Below the pieces are notes generated by a model, which worked only from the letters and a program-made list of their open reading frames with translations, did not search any database and had not been told where the DNA came from. A stretch of DNA of 63,469 bases, counting the filler, from Octopus bimaculoides (taxonomy: Eukaryota), in the NCBI RefSeq assembly GCF_001194135.2. It is 7 parts of 6 records of this genome, joined end to end, with 100 filler letters (N's around TTAATTAATTAA, not from the genome) between each part and the next. Parts side by side here need not be neighbours in the genome. Positions count along the whole stretch, not along the records: positions 34,932 to 43,330 come from NC_068990.1; positions 43,431 to 45,965 come from NW_026367415.1; positions 46,066 to 56,519 come from NC_068984.1; 4 more parts are not named here. One strand, written 5' to 3'. The position numbers and the translations under genes were made by a program. Of this stretch, positions 39,421-52,320 are shown piece by piece (within the stretch, counting starts at the first letter, position 1; every line of letters starts with the position of its first letter).

Positions 39421-40285
39421 NNNNNNNNNNNNNNNNNNNNNNNNNNNNNNNNNNNNNNNNNNNNNNNNNNNNNNNNNNNNNNNNNNNNNNNNNNNNNNNN
39501 NNNNNNNNNNNNNNNNNNNNNNNNNNNNNNNNNNNNNNNNNNNNNNNNNNNNNNNNNNNNNNNNNNNNNNNNNNNNNNNNNNNNNNNNNNNNNNNNNNNN
39601 NNNNNNNNNNNNNNNNNNNNNNNNNNNNNNNNNNNNNNNNNNNNNNNNNNNNNNNNNNNNNNNNNNNNNNNNNNATATATATGAAGAAAGTATGGTAGGA
39701 AGACGCAGATTGACAAAGAGACTGAAGAGAAAACAAACAGTGTAACGTATGTGTTTGTGTATGTTTGTTTCCGCATGTGTATATGTTCTTAAGTGTTGTA
39801 TGTTATTGGGTGTATAAATGTGTGCATTAGAGTATATGCGTGTCTGAATATGTGGTAACCGTTATGATGTGCATTTTTTTTTTATATTTGGAAAAGAAAT
39901 CAATTGGCAATATAAGGCATCAGTGCGTTGGTGTAGCAATTTAATAAAATATGTCAGGTAAATAAGATGGGAAATTGGTTAATGACAAGTTGATAGAATT
40001 GGTGGAGATTCATATGATGAGGAGAATGAATGTGAAAGATATTCATATTCGGAAAGTCAGGTGTTTTGAAGTATACGAATAATAAAGAAGAAATATTCAG
40101 AAAATGTCCACTTGATAGAGCGACAAGTAATGACAGAATGTATATGGAATAAAAATAGGAATAAATGAAAATTGAAAAAAAACGTCTATGCAATATGTTA
40201 GCATGACTATTATAATGTGAATATGCATTTGTATATATACTTATATATATGTAGATATATATGTATATATAATATTTTGTATATG

Positions 40286-40336
<51 letters not shown>

Positions 40337-40671
40337 ATAATATATTTATGTATATATGCATATATATATGTATGTATTATAATATATGTATATATATATA
40401 TATATATANNNNNNNNNNNNNNNNNNNNNNNNNNNNNNNNNNNNNNNNNNNNNNNNNNNNNNNNNNNNNNNNNNNNNNNNNNNNNNNNNNNNNNNNNNNN
40501 NNNNNNNNNNNNNNNNNNNNNNNNNNNNNNNNNNNNNNNNNNNNNNNNNNNNNNNNNNNNNNNNNNNNNNNNNNNNNNNNNNNNNNNNNNNNNNNNNNNN
40601 NNNNNNNNNNNNNNNNNNNNNNNNNNNNNNNNNNNNNNNNNNNNNNNNNNNNNNNNNNNNNNNNNNNNNNN

Positions 40672-40725
<54 letters not shown>

Positions 40726-40815
40726 TTTATCATTTATCCATGCATATACGAGTGATTTTACATGTGTGTGTGTATGTGCGTGTGTGCTTAACAAAATGAC
40801 AAGGTAACAAAAGAA

Positions 40816-41110
40816 TTATGTCATGCACTTGTATAGATCATAGCTGCATCTGCTAGGAGAAGAAATGCACCCATTGTTGAGCGCTTGTGTATCACCGAAC
40901 AGCATCACCGGAGCTTCAGGGGTGAAGTGACTAGTTTTCTGGGAAACCGTTTTCAATAAGAGACATTGAACATCTTTGGCCGATTTTCTATCGCGACTGA
41001 AGTTATATAAAATGAAGTACAACATAACTTGTTCTATAGTAAGGCACACAAAACCATACAATATCATATCCAGGAGATGCCGACTCTGCTCCGCGGAATC
41101 CCTGTCTATT
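40816..41110 (-). CDS. Probable terminal coding exon of an unidentified membrane protein
   Basis: Strong acceptor tcttctcgttgtttccacag|; 295 nt open to TAA: IDRDSAEQSRHLLDMILYGFVCLTIEQVMLYFILYNFSRDRKSAKDVQ..SRCSYDLYKCMT*; hydrophobic stretch followed by basic residues. Confidence 0.6.
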
Positions 41111-42344
41111 CTGTGGAAACAACGAGAAGATTATTAATATAATTTATGAAATAATCTTAAGATACCTACATGCATATAAATGTTCTTTCGCACAATGAAA
41201 TTGGTATGAATGTGAGTAACGGTTAACATAATTTATTTTCAGGTATGGAATTAAGTTTTGCTTTAACCTCCTCATTCTTATAAACACCAAGTAACTATTT
41301 AACTCGCTTTATGATCCTGAGTGCCCCAAACCACACGTGTGCGTATGCTTATATTTTCGCGGATGCTGGTATAAGCGAGTGTACATGTGACTTGGAGCTT
41401 GCGCGAGCGCGTTTATACATTTATATTTATTAATCATACTGCTAGTTTATATAGGGAGAAGAATTTATTTGTATGCGTTTTTCGTTCAGTCCTGAAATCA
41501 AAAATGGTGGCACTATTTAATCTGATGTTCGCACTTGTTGTAGACCTTTGGCTTTATCGTACACTGGAATATATTCCACAAAAATCGTAAAGTAAGGATT
41601 TAATTTGATTGAAAATGCTTTAACAAATGACTGGTATTTAGTTTATTTATATCATATGTATAGAAATAGAAAGACTGCATGAACTGTTATAAACGAGGAG
41701 GGATAGATTTATAGAGTGAACTGTATTGAATAAAATGTTCTATCGCTTGTGATCTTCGACTCTCGTCGAGGAAGGCTAACGTTAAATATTGAACATAATG
41801 CCAGAATAAGATAGTGAATATTTATACACAATTTGTCTGTGTTATAGACTACAGATTTAACATAATCTGAAATATTAGTGGAAATGGTAATCTTTGTTAG
41901 AAACTAAAAACCAGAAACAATGCTTGGCATTTAGAATCTACCATTTAAAAGCTGATATAAAATGTAGCTGTCAGATATATTGGGATAAAGTGGCTTTATA
42001 CAAATAAGAAAGCATTATAAAATAACCTCATTTGGTCCTACAAGTATATTTGGAAAGGGTAAACCTAAAGACCGATTAGAAAAGAAAACAAAAATGATTT
42101 TTCTTATTAGGTTTAGAAAGCATAGAAGAATAAATAGAAAAAAAACACAGCAAAAATCTAAAAATATACAAGTGAAATAGAATGAAAAATAAAAGATGGA
42201 ATTAAGTAGAGGAAATAACAAAATGTTTAAATAAAAACCTGAATCGGTGATTGTAAAACATTTTACGTAAAGCACAGTGGACAGAAAATATAAATCTCAA
42301 TCGTTAGTATTCAACTTGTCTAGATAAAATTGAAGTAAACATAC

Positions 42345-42382
42345 CTGAAAAGAAAGGCGTTCCTAAGGGCTCTAGGATTCAG
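42345..42382 (-). CDS. Probable 38-nt penultimate exon (LNPRALRNAFLF-R)
   Basis: Acceptor ttattttctag|, donor ttcag|gtatgt; its only open frame ends in phase 2 and joins in frame to 41110. Confidence 0.55.
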
Positions 42383-43456
42383 CTAGAAAATAAATTATTT
42401 AGATTATAGCAATATGAAGGGCTGATCGTATATTGTTAATACCAAAAAGACATTCTATAGTAACAAGAAAAGATTAATGGAAATTGTAGAATATACAGTC
42501 AAGATATATCAAAAGGCAACATGCTGCCTTCAATTTTTTCCAAAAACTAAAATCACGATCATGACTACTTCTGTTTTTATATTTAATGAGTAAATGGTAA
42601 GAAACTGGATGTAAGGGACACACGTCGTAATATTTAATAAAGCAGAAGAGGTGATATTGTACTGTATTATAGTGCTTACTTGAAAGGAAAGCAAGTAAAG
42701 TTATCAAAACCTCATTTGAAATAAAACTAAAAGAAAAAATAAAACATTCAGACTCTCAAAGAGTTATCCATTCACTGAAACCGAAATAATCCTACATAGA
42801 GGAATATATGCAAAATATGGAGAGAAATGATGCAATTGCTACCAATGATATATTCCATATATTTCTACACATTTGGGTAAATATCAATGCTTTTGTACGA
42901 TGCCTATTCACAACTTGGTTATTTCAATAAAACTGGACACAGCCCATTTCACTCACTCGTGCAAATCAAAAGACTCATTGTGAGGACAAACTTATTGACC
43001 TAAGTTTATATCAAGATCTTTCTGAACTTGAACATATAAATTAGACCGGGGACGAAAAGGGTCCTTCTCCATAAAGTAATAGCATTTCTAAAAACATGGA
43101 ACATTTTTGGACTTGCTTATCTCTTAATTGTTTCCGTCATACTTTTTTGCATAATCACATCATATTTTCGATGACTTTATAATTTCCGAGAAAGTTCATT
43201 CGGTACACTCCTCAGCAGCATAGGAAGGTGAATACACACCTACGTCTTACCGAAGAATATAAACTGTTACATATATACATACATGCGTGCATAACTATCT
43301 ATATATATCAGTGTGTGTGCGCGTGTATATNNNNNNNNNNNNNNNNNNNNNNNNNNNNNNNNNNNNNNNNNNNNTTAATTAATTAANNNNNNNNNNNNNN
43401 NNNNNNNNNNNNNNNNNNNNNNNNNNNNNNCGCACATATATATATGTATATACATA

Positions 43457-43652
43457 CAATAATCCCTCGACTATCGCGGGTGTTACATTCCAAATCCCCC
43501 CGCGATAGCTGAAAATCCGCGAAGTAGAAACAGTACTGTGTATCTTTTTTTTATTATTCTTATATTCGTTTTATCATAAATGTAAAACAACACTACAGAC
43601 GAATTGTCGTAAGCTTAAATAATAAACCGCGAGAGGTGAACTGTGATTACTG
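43457..43652 (+). mobile_element. pogo/Tigger-type MITE
   Basis: TA-caataatccctcgactatcgcggg..ccgcgatag..aaaatccgcg start and ..gattactg-TA end. Confidence 0.65.
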
Positions 43653-43934
43653 TACACACAAATATACACACATTTACATATATGCTAATACATACATACA
43701 TACATACATACATTCATACATACATACATTCATACATACATACCAATACACACATGTTTGTGTGTGTGTTTATATGTATGCGTATATCTTTGTGAAACGT
43801 CCTTTCAAGTCCTGCGCAAACATATGCGCATACGTATTTTTACACGCGTAGAAAACCACGACTGTACGCGCACATAAATATTTATATTCTTTATATTCCA
43901 CTATTTAAATATACTTTATAGATAAGCTTATAAT

Positions 43935-43980
<46 letters not shown>

Positions 43981-44139
43981 ACACACACCCAACCCAAGTG
44001 CGTGCGTTTATGTAAATAGCGTATGTGTACGCTTATTTTGTACAGATTGCTGTGAAGCGCGCACTTGGCTTTGCTCTCACACGTATCGAGATTCAATTGC
44101 GCATGTGCGTCTTGGATATTTTGCTTTCCAGGTAGTGTT

Positions 44140-44328
44140 TGTTATTCCTGCCCCTCCTCCCACCACTTCATCGTCATAACTGTTATTATTGCTTTTGTTG
44201 TTGCTGCGCATTCACTCATTACTACTACTACTACTACTACTACTACTTTCATGTCCACTGCTACTACAATTGCCACCACCACGATTATTACATCAAGTAC
44301 CACTAACACCACTACCACTATAACAGCA

Positions 44329-44379
<51 letters not shown>

Positions 44380-44482
44380 GCTACTACTACCACTACTACT
44401 TTCATGTTCACCACTACTACTATTGCCACCACCACGATTATCGCATCAAGTACCACCACCACCACCACCACCATAACAACAG

Positions 44483-44551
<69 letters not shown>

Positions 44552-44751
44552 CGTATTTTCTTTGTCCTTCTCTTCGCACTCCATTCATTCTTCCAATCTC
44601 TTCCTCTTATTAAAGAAAACTATTATTATTATTATTATTGTCTTTATTATTTTCATTATTATCTTCATTATCATCATCATCATCATCATCATCATCACCA
44701 TCACCATCACCATCACCATCATCATTATCATCATCATCATCATCATCATCA

Positions 44752-44806
<55 letters not shown>

Positions 44807-44830
44807 CATTATCATCATCATCATCGTCAT
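44140..44830. repeat. Compound (act)/(acc)/(cat)/(att) microsatellite region with a duplicated unit
   Basis: Unit actttcatg..actacaattgccaccaccacgatt..catcaagtaccac..ataacagca occurs at about 44245 and 44398. Confidence 0.9.
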
Positions 44831-45502
44831 TATTATCAGTCCATCGAAAATAGAATGACAGAAAATAAAAATGGAAGCTCACAAACAGAATGTTACTCAT
44901 TCAAATATTTGCCCTTCACTTTGCATTCGTTTCCTTTTTTTCNNNNNNNNNNNNNNNNNNNNNNNNNNNNNNNNNNNNNNNNNNNNNNNNNNNNNNNNNN
45001 NNNNNNNNNNNNNNNNNNNNNNNNNNNNNNNNNNNNNNNNNNNNNNNNNNNNNNNNNNNNNNNNNNNNNNNNNNNNNNNNNNNNNNNNNNNNNNNNNNNN
45101 NNNNNNNNNNNNNNNNNNNNNNNNNNNNNNNNNNNNNNNNNNNNNNNNNNNNNNNNNNNNNNNNNNNNNNNNNNNNNNNNNNNNNNNNNNNNNNNNNNNN
45201 NNNNNNNNNNNNNNNNNNNNNNNNNNNNNNNNNNNNNNNNNNNNNNNNNNNNNNNNNNNNNNNNNNNNNNNNNNNNNNNNNNNNNNNNNNNNNNNNNNNN
45301 NNNNNNNNNNNNNNNNNNNNNNNNNNNNNNNNNNNNNNNNNNNNNNNNNNNNNNNNNNNNNNNNNNNNNNNNNNNNNNNNNNNNNNNNNNNNNNNNNNNN
45401 NNNNNNNGTTGACTGCATATGTGTGAGTGTGAGTACGCGCGCGCGTGTATGAAGGGGTGGATTGAAGAGCGTTTTTGGACATATTAGATAACTAATCTAG
45501 AA

Positions 45503-45757
45503 CAATCCTTCTCAACCAGGGTCCAGATGACCCTTGGAGGTTTGCATAAAATTTTGTTAACATTTATGCGTAATAAATTGATTTTACATTTAAAATACAC
45601 AAAAACATTAACAATTCTTTTTTTAATACAAATTAAAATAATATTTAGTTATAAAAATAGAGTAGGATTATTTTTGTGATATGGGGGTCCCGTAGAGTGA
45701 AAAACAGGAATCCAAAAAAGGTTTATAGGGAAAAAAAAAAACAGCTGAGAGCCACTG
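45503..45757 (+). mobile_element. hAT/Charlie-type MITE
   Basis: Ends caatccttctcaacc / gctgagagccactg resemble cagtggttctcaa TIRs; flanks atctagaa / gtttacaa fit a decayed 8-bp nTnTAnAn TSD. Confidence 0.55.
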
Positions 45758-46745
45758 GTTTACAATTTCTCTTGAAATATTTCATCAAAGTTCTAACCAG
45801 CTTCCGATTACCTTCATTGTAGGCATCATACTGTTCAGAAAACGTAGACTTCAACACCGGCTTCACATTTATATATAAACTTAGATAAATTTAGATATGT
45901 TTGAACCAAGGATTGGTCCAGGCCATGTCTAACGTAATAGCGCCACCTGATAGGATTATATATATNNNNNNNNNNNNNNNNNNNNNNNNNNNNNNNNNNN
46001 NNNNNNNNNTTAATTAATTAANNNNNNNNNNNNNNNNNNNNNNNNNNNNNNNNNNNNNNNNNNNNAAACACACACACCCATATTATGAAAGAGGGGCAAG
46101 AGATTGTGGAGAAAGAGGTAAATGGAGGGCGAGAGAGAGTGAGAGAGAGAGAGGGAGAGGGAGAGGGAGAGAGAGAGAGAGAGAGAAAGAGATAGAGATA
46201 GAGAGAGAGAGAGCCAGTTAAAGGAAAGGTTAGAAAGAGAGAATGCCGACCTGCCGTTGTGTTAAAAGTTGTAGCAGATGGACAGTGTTAGAAACGGTGG
46301 GTGGGGGGTGAGGGGTGTTGACGTAAGGGTGTCACAAAGAAAGAAAGAGAGAGAGACGAAAGACTACAGAAAGGGAAAGAATGAGGCAAGAAAGGAGCAG
46401 AGAAAGAGAGAGAGAGAGAAGAAGAAGAAGGGATGAACATCTGTATTAAGTCACATTGATTAGACGAAACACATTCATTTCGAGAAAATAAAGACAACAG
46501 ATACGAAAATACAAGACATTGAGATTTGGTGAAGGAGTTTCGGTAGAGTCTGTTTTAAGAGGAAATCAAGTACAATACCAAGGAATGGTTAAATTTACAT
46601 GTCGCTTGCTTATTCAATTTCTCTTGTGAGCAGAGATTAATGAAGCTTCCCTCGGGATCGTCTCGATTGGCCAACAAAAAAAAAAAAGACCACTGCGCAT
46701 GTCTTTTTTTGTTATTTTTTGATTTCGGTATAATTNNNNNNNNNN

Positions 46746-46815
<70 letters not shown>

Positions 46816-47070
46816 ATGTATCAATCAACGAATCAATAATTATATGTCTTAATGCATTTAACTAATCAATACGCTTCCGGTCAAGAAGACCCCGATAGGA
46901 TGAACTTCGTCTTTCGTTCATCCTTGGTTGGTCCTGACAGAGTTCGGCCATCAAATATTTCGTCTTTTTTTTAAAGTACCCCTTACACTGTATTATCCCA
47001 TGTGCCCTTTACATTTTTAAAACAGTACGATGTGATTTAAAAGGACATTTGGCTTTTATTTCAAGTCGGT

Positions 47071-47133
47071 TGAGGTACCAAACAATGAGGTACCAAACAA
47101 TGAGGTACCAAACATTGAGGTACCAAACAATGA
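47071..47133. repeat. 15-bp minisatellite (tgaggtaccaaacaa) x4
   Basis: Directly visible, one mismatch. Confidence 0.95.
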
Positions 47134-47337
47134 CTCTCTCGTTAAATAAAATAATGGCCAGCTGTACACAAATGTCCAATCAATATTTGTTATCCCATAT
47201 CGAAAAGAGAAAAAAAAAACCTCTCCCAAACTGTCCTTAATTTCAGCAGAAAAAAAAGACATCAATATAACTTTAGCTTGAATAATGTAAATCTAATTGT
47301 AACAACAAAATATCAGTCAATTATATAAAAATCCAAT

Positions 47338-47339
<2 letters not shown>

Positions 47340-47432
<93 letters not shown>

Positions 47433-47530
47433 GAAGAAGAAGAAGAAGAAGAAGAAGAAGAAGAAGAAGAAGAAGAAGAAGAAGAAGAAGAAGAAGAAGA
47501 AGAAGAAGAAGAAGAAGAAGAAGAAGAAGA
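47340..47530. repeat. (aat)n-(att)n-(aga)n microsatellite
   Basis: Directly visible. Confidence 0.95.
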
Positions 47531-47999
47531 AATAAACATGAATTACTAAAAATTTATTGATTTTGAAATAAAAGGTCGTGAAAGTACATAATGTTTCATG
47601 ATGTCAATGTTGAATGCTTGAATCAATATTTTCAAATTTGAATGTCGATTAGACGTCACGTGTCATTGATCCTCCGCTTGCATTTACATGGAGAAAATAT
47701 TTAAAAAAAAATCCCTAAAAGTCCACATGTCGCTCTGTTGATGAATTGAACTCGTGTGTGATTGTGATAGGGGTCAAAGTGTGTCACTAATCTAATTAGT
47801 ATTCTAATGGCGCAGAAAGCAAGTGGGGTGGGTGGGAGAGGAAATGAGCGAATGCGCCAGTTAAACAGAATAAAATTCTGAACAAAATTTCATTCCATTT
47901 TCCTGCCTTTAATTGACAAATCCCAAACGATGCGAATTCGCGTTTTACCCTCCCGGGTGAAAGGGAAGGGGTGCGATAAAATAAGAATTGGTAACATAC

Positions 48000-48052
48000 C
48001 ACTGTGGATGGCATCGTCACTAATCCACACCATTCGGATAGTGGCACTGTTG
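48000..48052 (-). other. Possible upstream exon of the 40.8-42.4 kb gene
   Basis: Acceptor ccctttcattttgttaag|, donor gtg|gtatgt; two open frames, one (TVPLSEWCGLVTMPSTV) ends in phase 0 and could join 42382. Confidence 0.3.
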
Positions 48053-49273
48053 CTTAACAAAATGAAAGGGAACTGAGTCAACAAGGCTCACCAAAAACTA
48101 ACCAAAAGGACAGAGGTTCGTATTTAACACTGGGGTCTGCCCTCAGACATCAAGTCAATCTATTTCCAAAATCGTTGTTACCGTTGCTGTTTAGTCCCCG
48201 ATTTGGCTCTGATTGAAGGGTAAATCTATGATCATAGACAGTCCAGTCGTGACCGTCACATCTTTTCCATACATGTATACCAAAGCTACTTCATCAGATG
48301 TGTCGTGATTTAGTTCCAACTGGATGATGTAGTTATAGAATTATTGTTTATGTTCTTAGCATGTAGGAAAGAATTGCAAGATGGTTCTTCAAGCCACTTG
48401 GATTGATTTGCAACGGAATCCACCCGGGGTGGGTTAGCTTGGCTCAGCTCCGACCAACGAGTTCACCACGTTCCTCGCAAATGCTAACCATATCCGACTG
48501 TCGGCCCTAACGTTCCTACAAGCAAAGTAAAGCTTCTGTTCGCGGCCCAAAAGTCCAGCTTGCAAATTTGACTAATACCCCAGAGTCAACCCATGTCATG
48601 TGAATGAAAATCGGGTTGATGGAAACTGTATAGAAGCTCGTCTGCTGGGTTGTAACCGTTATTCAAAAAACGTTCCAGCTTTGTCACACATGATATCTCA
48701 GTGAATTTGCTTCCTGATCAAGGATATGTTGAAAGGAAGGTATTGAGATACGAACTGTTGACTTTCTCTTCGGAATCTGACGTCTTGTCACAATCAACAT
48801 GAACAACTTTTCCGCGACAATGAAGGACTCATTTGATCCACTAGAATCCGCAGCTAAACCTAAACCAACTTATGCTGCCGTAGTAATATAGGCAACTGTA
48901 CAAGATAAAGTCATTCGACAGGATAGTCACGACTTGAATGTCTGTCAAATGATGTCATCACCATTTGGGACGACAGTTCTATAGATCACATACAGAGAAC
49001 TGGTCGAATTTTTACTTGCGATATATCTGTCCTACCAGAATCGACCTGGGGCGATACGCCATTTACAACGAGAATTCCGGTAAGCTAAACAGGGAGCTTG
49101 TGCATGGTTGATCAACCTATCAGAAATAGCAGCCAAATCACTCTTAAATCATTCCCTATCGGTCTTAAACGATGAAGGAATATGTCAGACGATTTAGTTC
49201 TACAAATCCCAAATAGACGAGAGAATCATTAATTTGCACGATGAGAGCTGATCGGGATTGAGGGTGGGAGGGT

Positions 49274-49309
<36 letters not shown>

Positions 49310-49569
49310 GACTACTACTACTACTACTGCTGCTGCTGCTACTAATGCGTCTACTACTACCACTACTGCTGCTGCTGAGTCTATTGCTACTACTACTATC
49401 ACTACTACTACTAATACTACTACTACTACTACTGCTGAACTTTCATATTTCAGTTAATTTAGAAAAGTCAAGGTAAATTGAATAGGTGACAGAAGGGAAA
49501 AAAATGTCTGCGAGACAAACTAGAAAATATGGAGAAAGAGTAAAGCATCAAACGGAGGAACTGTTTGCT

Positions 49570-49975
49570 TTCTTATTTCGAAATGTCGTCTCTTAATTGG
49601 TTCAGTCACTGGACCGTGGTCATGCTGGGGCACCATCATGAAGGGTCCAAGCGGAATATTTCGATGCCGGTATTTACTTTTGTTCTAAGTTTGACATTTA
49701 TTCCATTATTCTCTTCAGTCGAACTAGGTTACAGGGACGCAAACAAAACATCACCGGTTGTCAAGCGGGGTTGAGAGGTCAAACAGAGACACACCCACAC
49801 GCACACATACACAGACACACACACGATCTTCCACATTGTTTTTATCTACCATATTCACTCGCAAATCATTGGTCGGCCCGGGGCTTTAGTTGAAGGAATA
49901 TGCCCAAGGCGCCGCGTAGTGGGACTGAACCCAAAGGCATGTGGTTGGAAAGCGAACTACTTAACACTATAGCCA
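49570..49975 (-). mobile_element. SINE family B, diverged full-length copy
   Basis: Collinear with 31850-32218. Confidence 0.75.
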
Positions 49976-51842
49976 TGCTTAAATATTTAAACGCAGATAT
50001 AAGTAGAATTCGAACCCGGTCTGTTTAGGTTTGAAAGACTATCAGATTTATTAATTCGATTCCACGAAATCTCTGCAAAAGACAATTAGCTGGTAATTTC
50101 GAGTGTTTTAGAGAAATAAATGTGAAATGTTGTGTGAAGAGGGATGAAGATATTTTCATACGTTCATAACAGCATTTGTGTAATATTTGTATAATGAAGG
50201 GCAAGCTGGTTGGTAACGAGGGGGGGGGGAGAGGGAAGAGGAAGATAGGGAGAGAGTGGGAGATGGGTCATGAGATGGCAGCGCAGTAGTAATATGTTGT
50301 TGAAAGCGGGAGAGCAGGAGAGGCGGGAGAGGCGGGGATTTGAAAAAGATGAGAAAGAACAAAAGCATGAGAAAGGAATGAATGACGAAGATGATGAAGA
50401 AGATGAAGAAGAAGAAGAAGGAGAAAATGAAGGATGGTGTTGCTTAAGCAAAGCGAGAGTGCTTACATAAATGTTAACCTAATTAANNNNNNNNNNNNNN
50501 NNNNNNNNNNNNNNNNNNNNNNNNNNNNNNNNNNNNNNNNNNNNNNNNNNNNNNNNNNNNNNNNNNNNNNNNNNNNNNNNNNNNNNNNNNNNNNNNNNNN
50601 NNNNNNNNNNNNNNNNNNNNNNNNNNNNNNNNNNNNNNNNNNNNNNNNNNNNNNNNNNNNNNNNNNNNNNNNNNNNNNNNNNNNNNNNNNNNNNNNNNNN
50701 NNNNNNNNNNNNNNNNNNNNNNNNNNNNNNNNNNNNNNNNNNNNNNNNNNNNNNNNNNNNNNNNNNNNNNNNNNNNNNNNNNNNNNNNNNNNNNNNNNNN
50801 NNNNNNNNNNNNNNNNNNNNNNNNNNNNNNNNNNNNNNNNNNNNNNNNNNNNNNNNNNNNNNNNNNNNNNNNNNNNNNNNNNNNNNNNNNNNNNNNNNNN
50901 NNNNNNNNNNNNNNNNNNNNNNNNNNNNNNNNNNNNNNNNNNNNNNNNNNNNNNNNNNNNNNNNNNNNNNNNNNNNNNNNNNNNNNNNNNNNNNNNNNNN
51001 NNNNNNNNNNNNNNNNNNATATATATATATATATATATATACATATATGTGTGTGTGTGAGTGTGTATTGAATATGTATATGTGTGGCGGGGTGGAAAGA
51101 GACGAAGGATGGTGAATATCGATTAGGAAGAATCGATATCTCTTTTATTATTGATATCGTTGTTATATGGAAGTACGGAAGGAAATATGGCAATGAAATG
51201 TAGATTAAATCAATTATACAGCATTAATGAGAACCTTTATTGCCTTGTTTTAGAAAACAACAACAAAAGAGGCGAAACAATGACCAACTTGAATTGTTGT
51301 AAAGGAAACAGAGATGAAATCGAATTTCTCTGCGAAACATTACCGCTAACTTGATTGACACGCTGAACTGATGAGGGAACAGATATTACGCTTTGTATTC
51401 CGATCGGTGAATTGGCATGCAATCAACTAAAAAAAGGTCAGAATGAAGGCTAAATACAGAGAGACAGAATCCCAACGGGTCAGATTTTCTCAATGGAAAT
51501 GGTTATACATCTAAACTAAACTAGCAGAATGGTTTCTTTTCTTTGAGTTATTGTATTCGCTATGGACAGAACAAATGATGGAATATTTGGTCTGTGGTTT
51601 CTTTATGTAGTGTTAAAAGATTTTATATTGATATTATCGTGGTGGTTCACTAACAGAAATTTGATTGGATGGAAGTCTTTCTGTCAAGGTTTCAAACTTC
51701 ACCGAGGAAAATATAATTTTTCTTTTTCTTTTCTTACCTGTTTTACTTTTTGGACTGCGGCCATGCTGTGGCACCACCTTAAAGGGTTTCGTCGAAAAGA
51801 CAATCACAATATTCATTTTTTTAAAAATCAGATATTTATTTT

Positions 51843-52075
51843 TATTTCTTTATTGCCCACAAGGAGATACACACACAGGGGACAAACAAGGACAGACAAA
51901 GGGATTAAGTCGATTATATCGACCCCAGTGCGTAACTGGTACTTATTTAATCGACCCCAAAAGGATGAAAGGCAAAGTCGACTTCGGTGGAATTTGAACT
52001 CAGAACGTAGCGGCCGACGAAATACCGCTAAGCATTTCGCCTGGCGTGCTAACGTTTCTGCCAGCTCACCGCCTT
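51843..52075 (-). mobile_element. SINE family A, near full length
   Basis: Very close to 28067-28285 and 13091-13311. Confidence 0.85.
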
Positions 52076-52084
52076 AATATCATC

Positions 52085-52320
52085 TGATATTTATTCTATC
52101 GTTTTCTTTTGGCGAAGCGCTTAGTTACGGTGTCGTAAATAAGTCAATATCAGCTGTCAGGTGAACAAAAACACACATATATGACGGGTTTCTCCACAGT
52201 TTCCATCTCCCAAATTCCCTCACAAGGCATTGGTCGGCACGTGGTTATATTAAAAAACAGTTACCAAGGTGCCGCGTAATGGGGTTGAAATTCTATATCA
52301 CGTGGTTGCAAAGCGAGCTT
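52085..52320 (-). mobile_element. SINE family B, diverged
   Basis: cacaaggcattggtcggc..ccaaggtgccgcg..gtggttgcaaagc. Confidence 0.65.

Noticed and set aside
47071-47133. CRISPR-like array
   Set aside because: Head-to-tail 15-bp repeats with no spacers, eukaryotic context, no cas genes.
49454-49472. 19-nt plus-strand micro-exon candidate
   Set aside because: Good signals but too short to support without transcripts.
51368-51405. CTGATGA followed by ggaa..ttcc
   Set aside because: No GAAA after the stem and no stem I; not a hammerhead.
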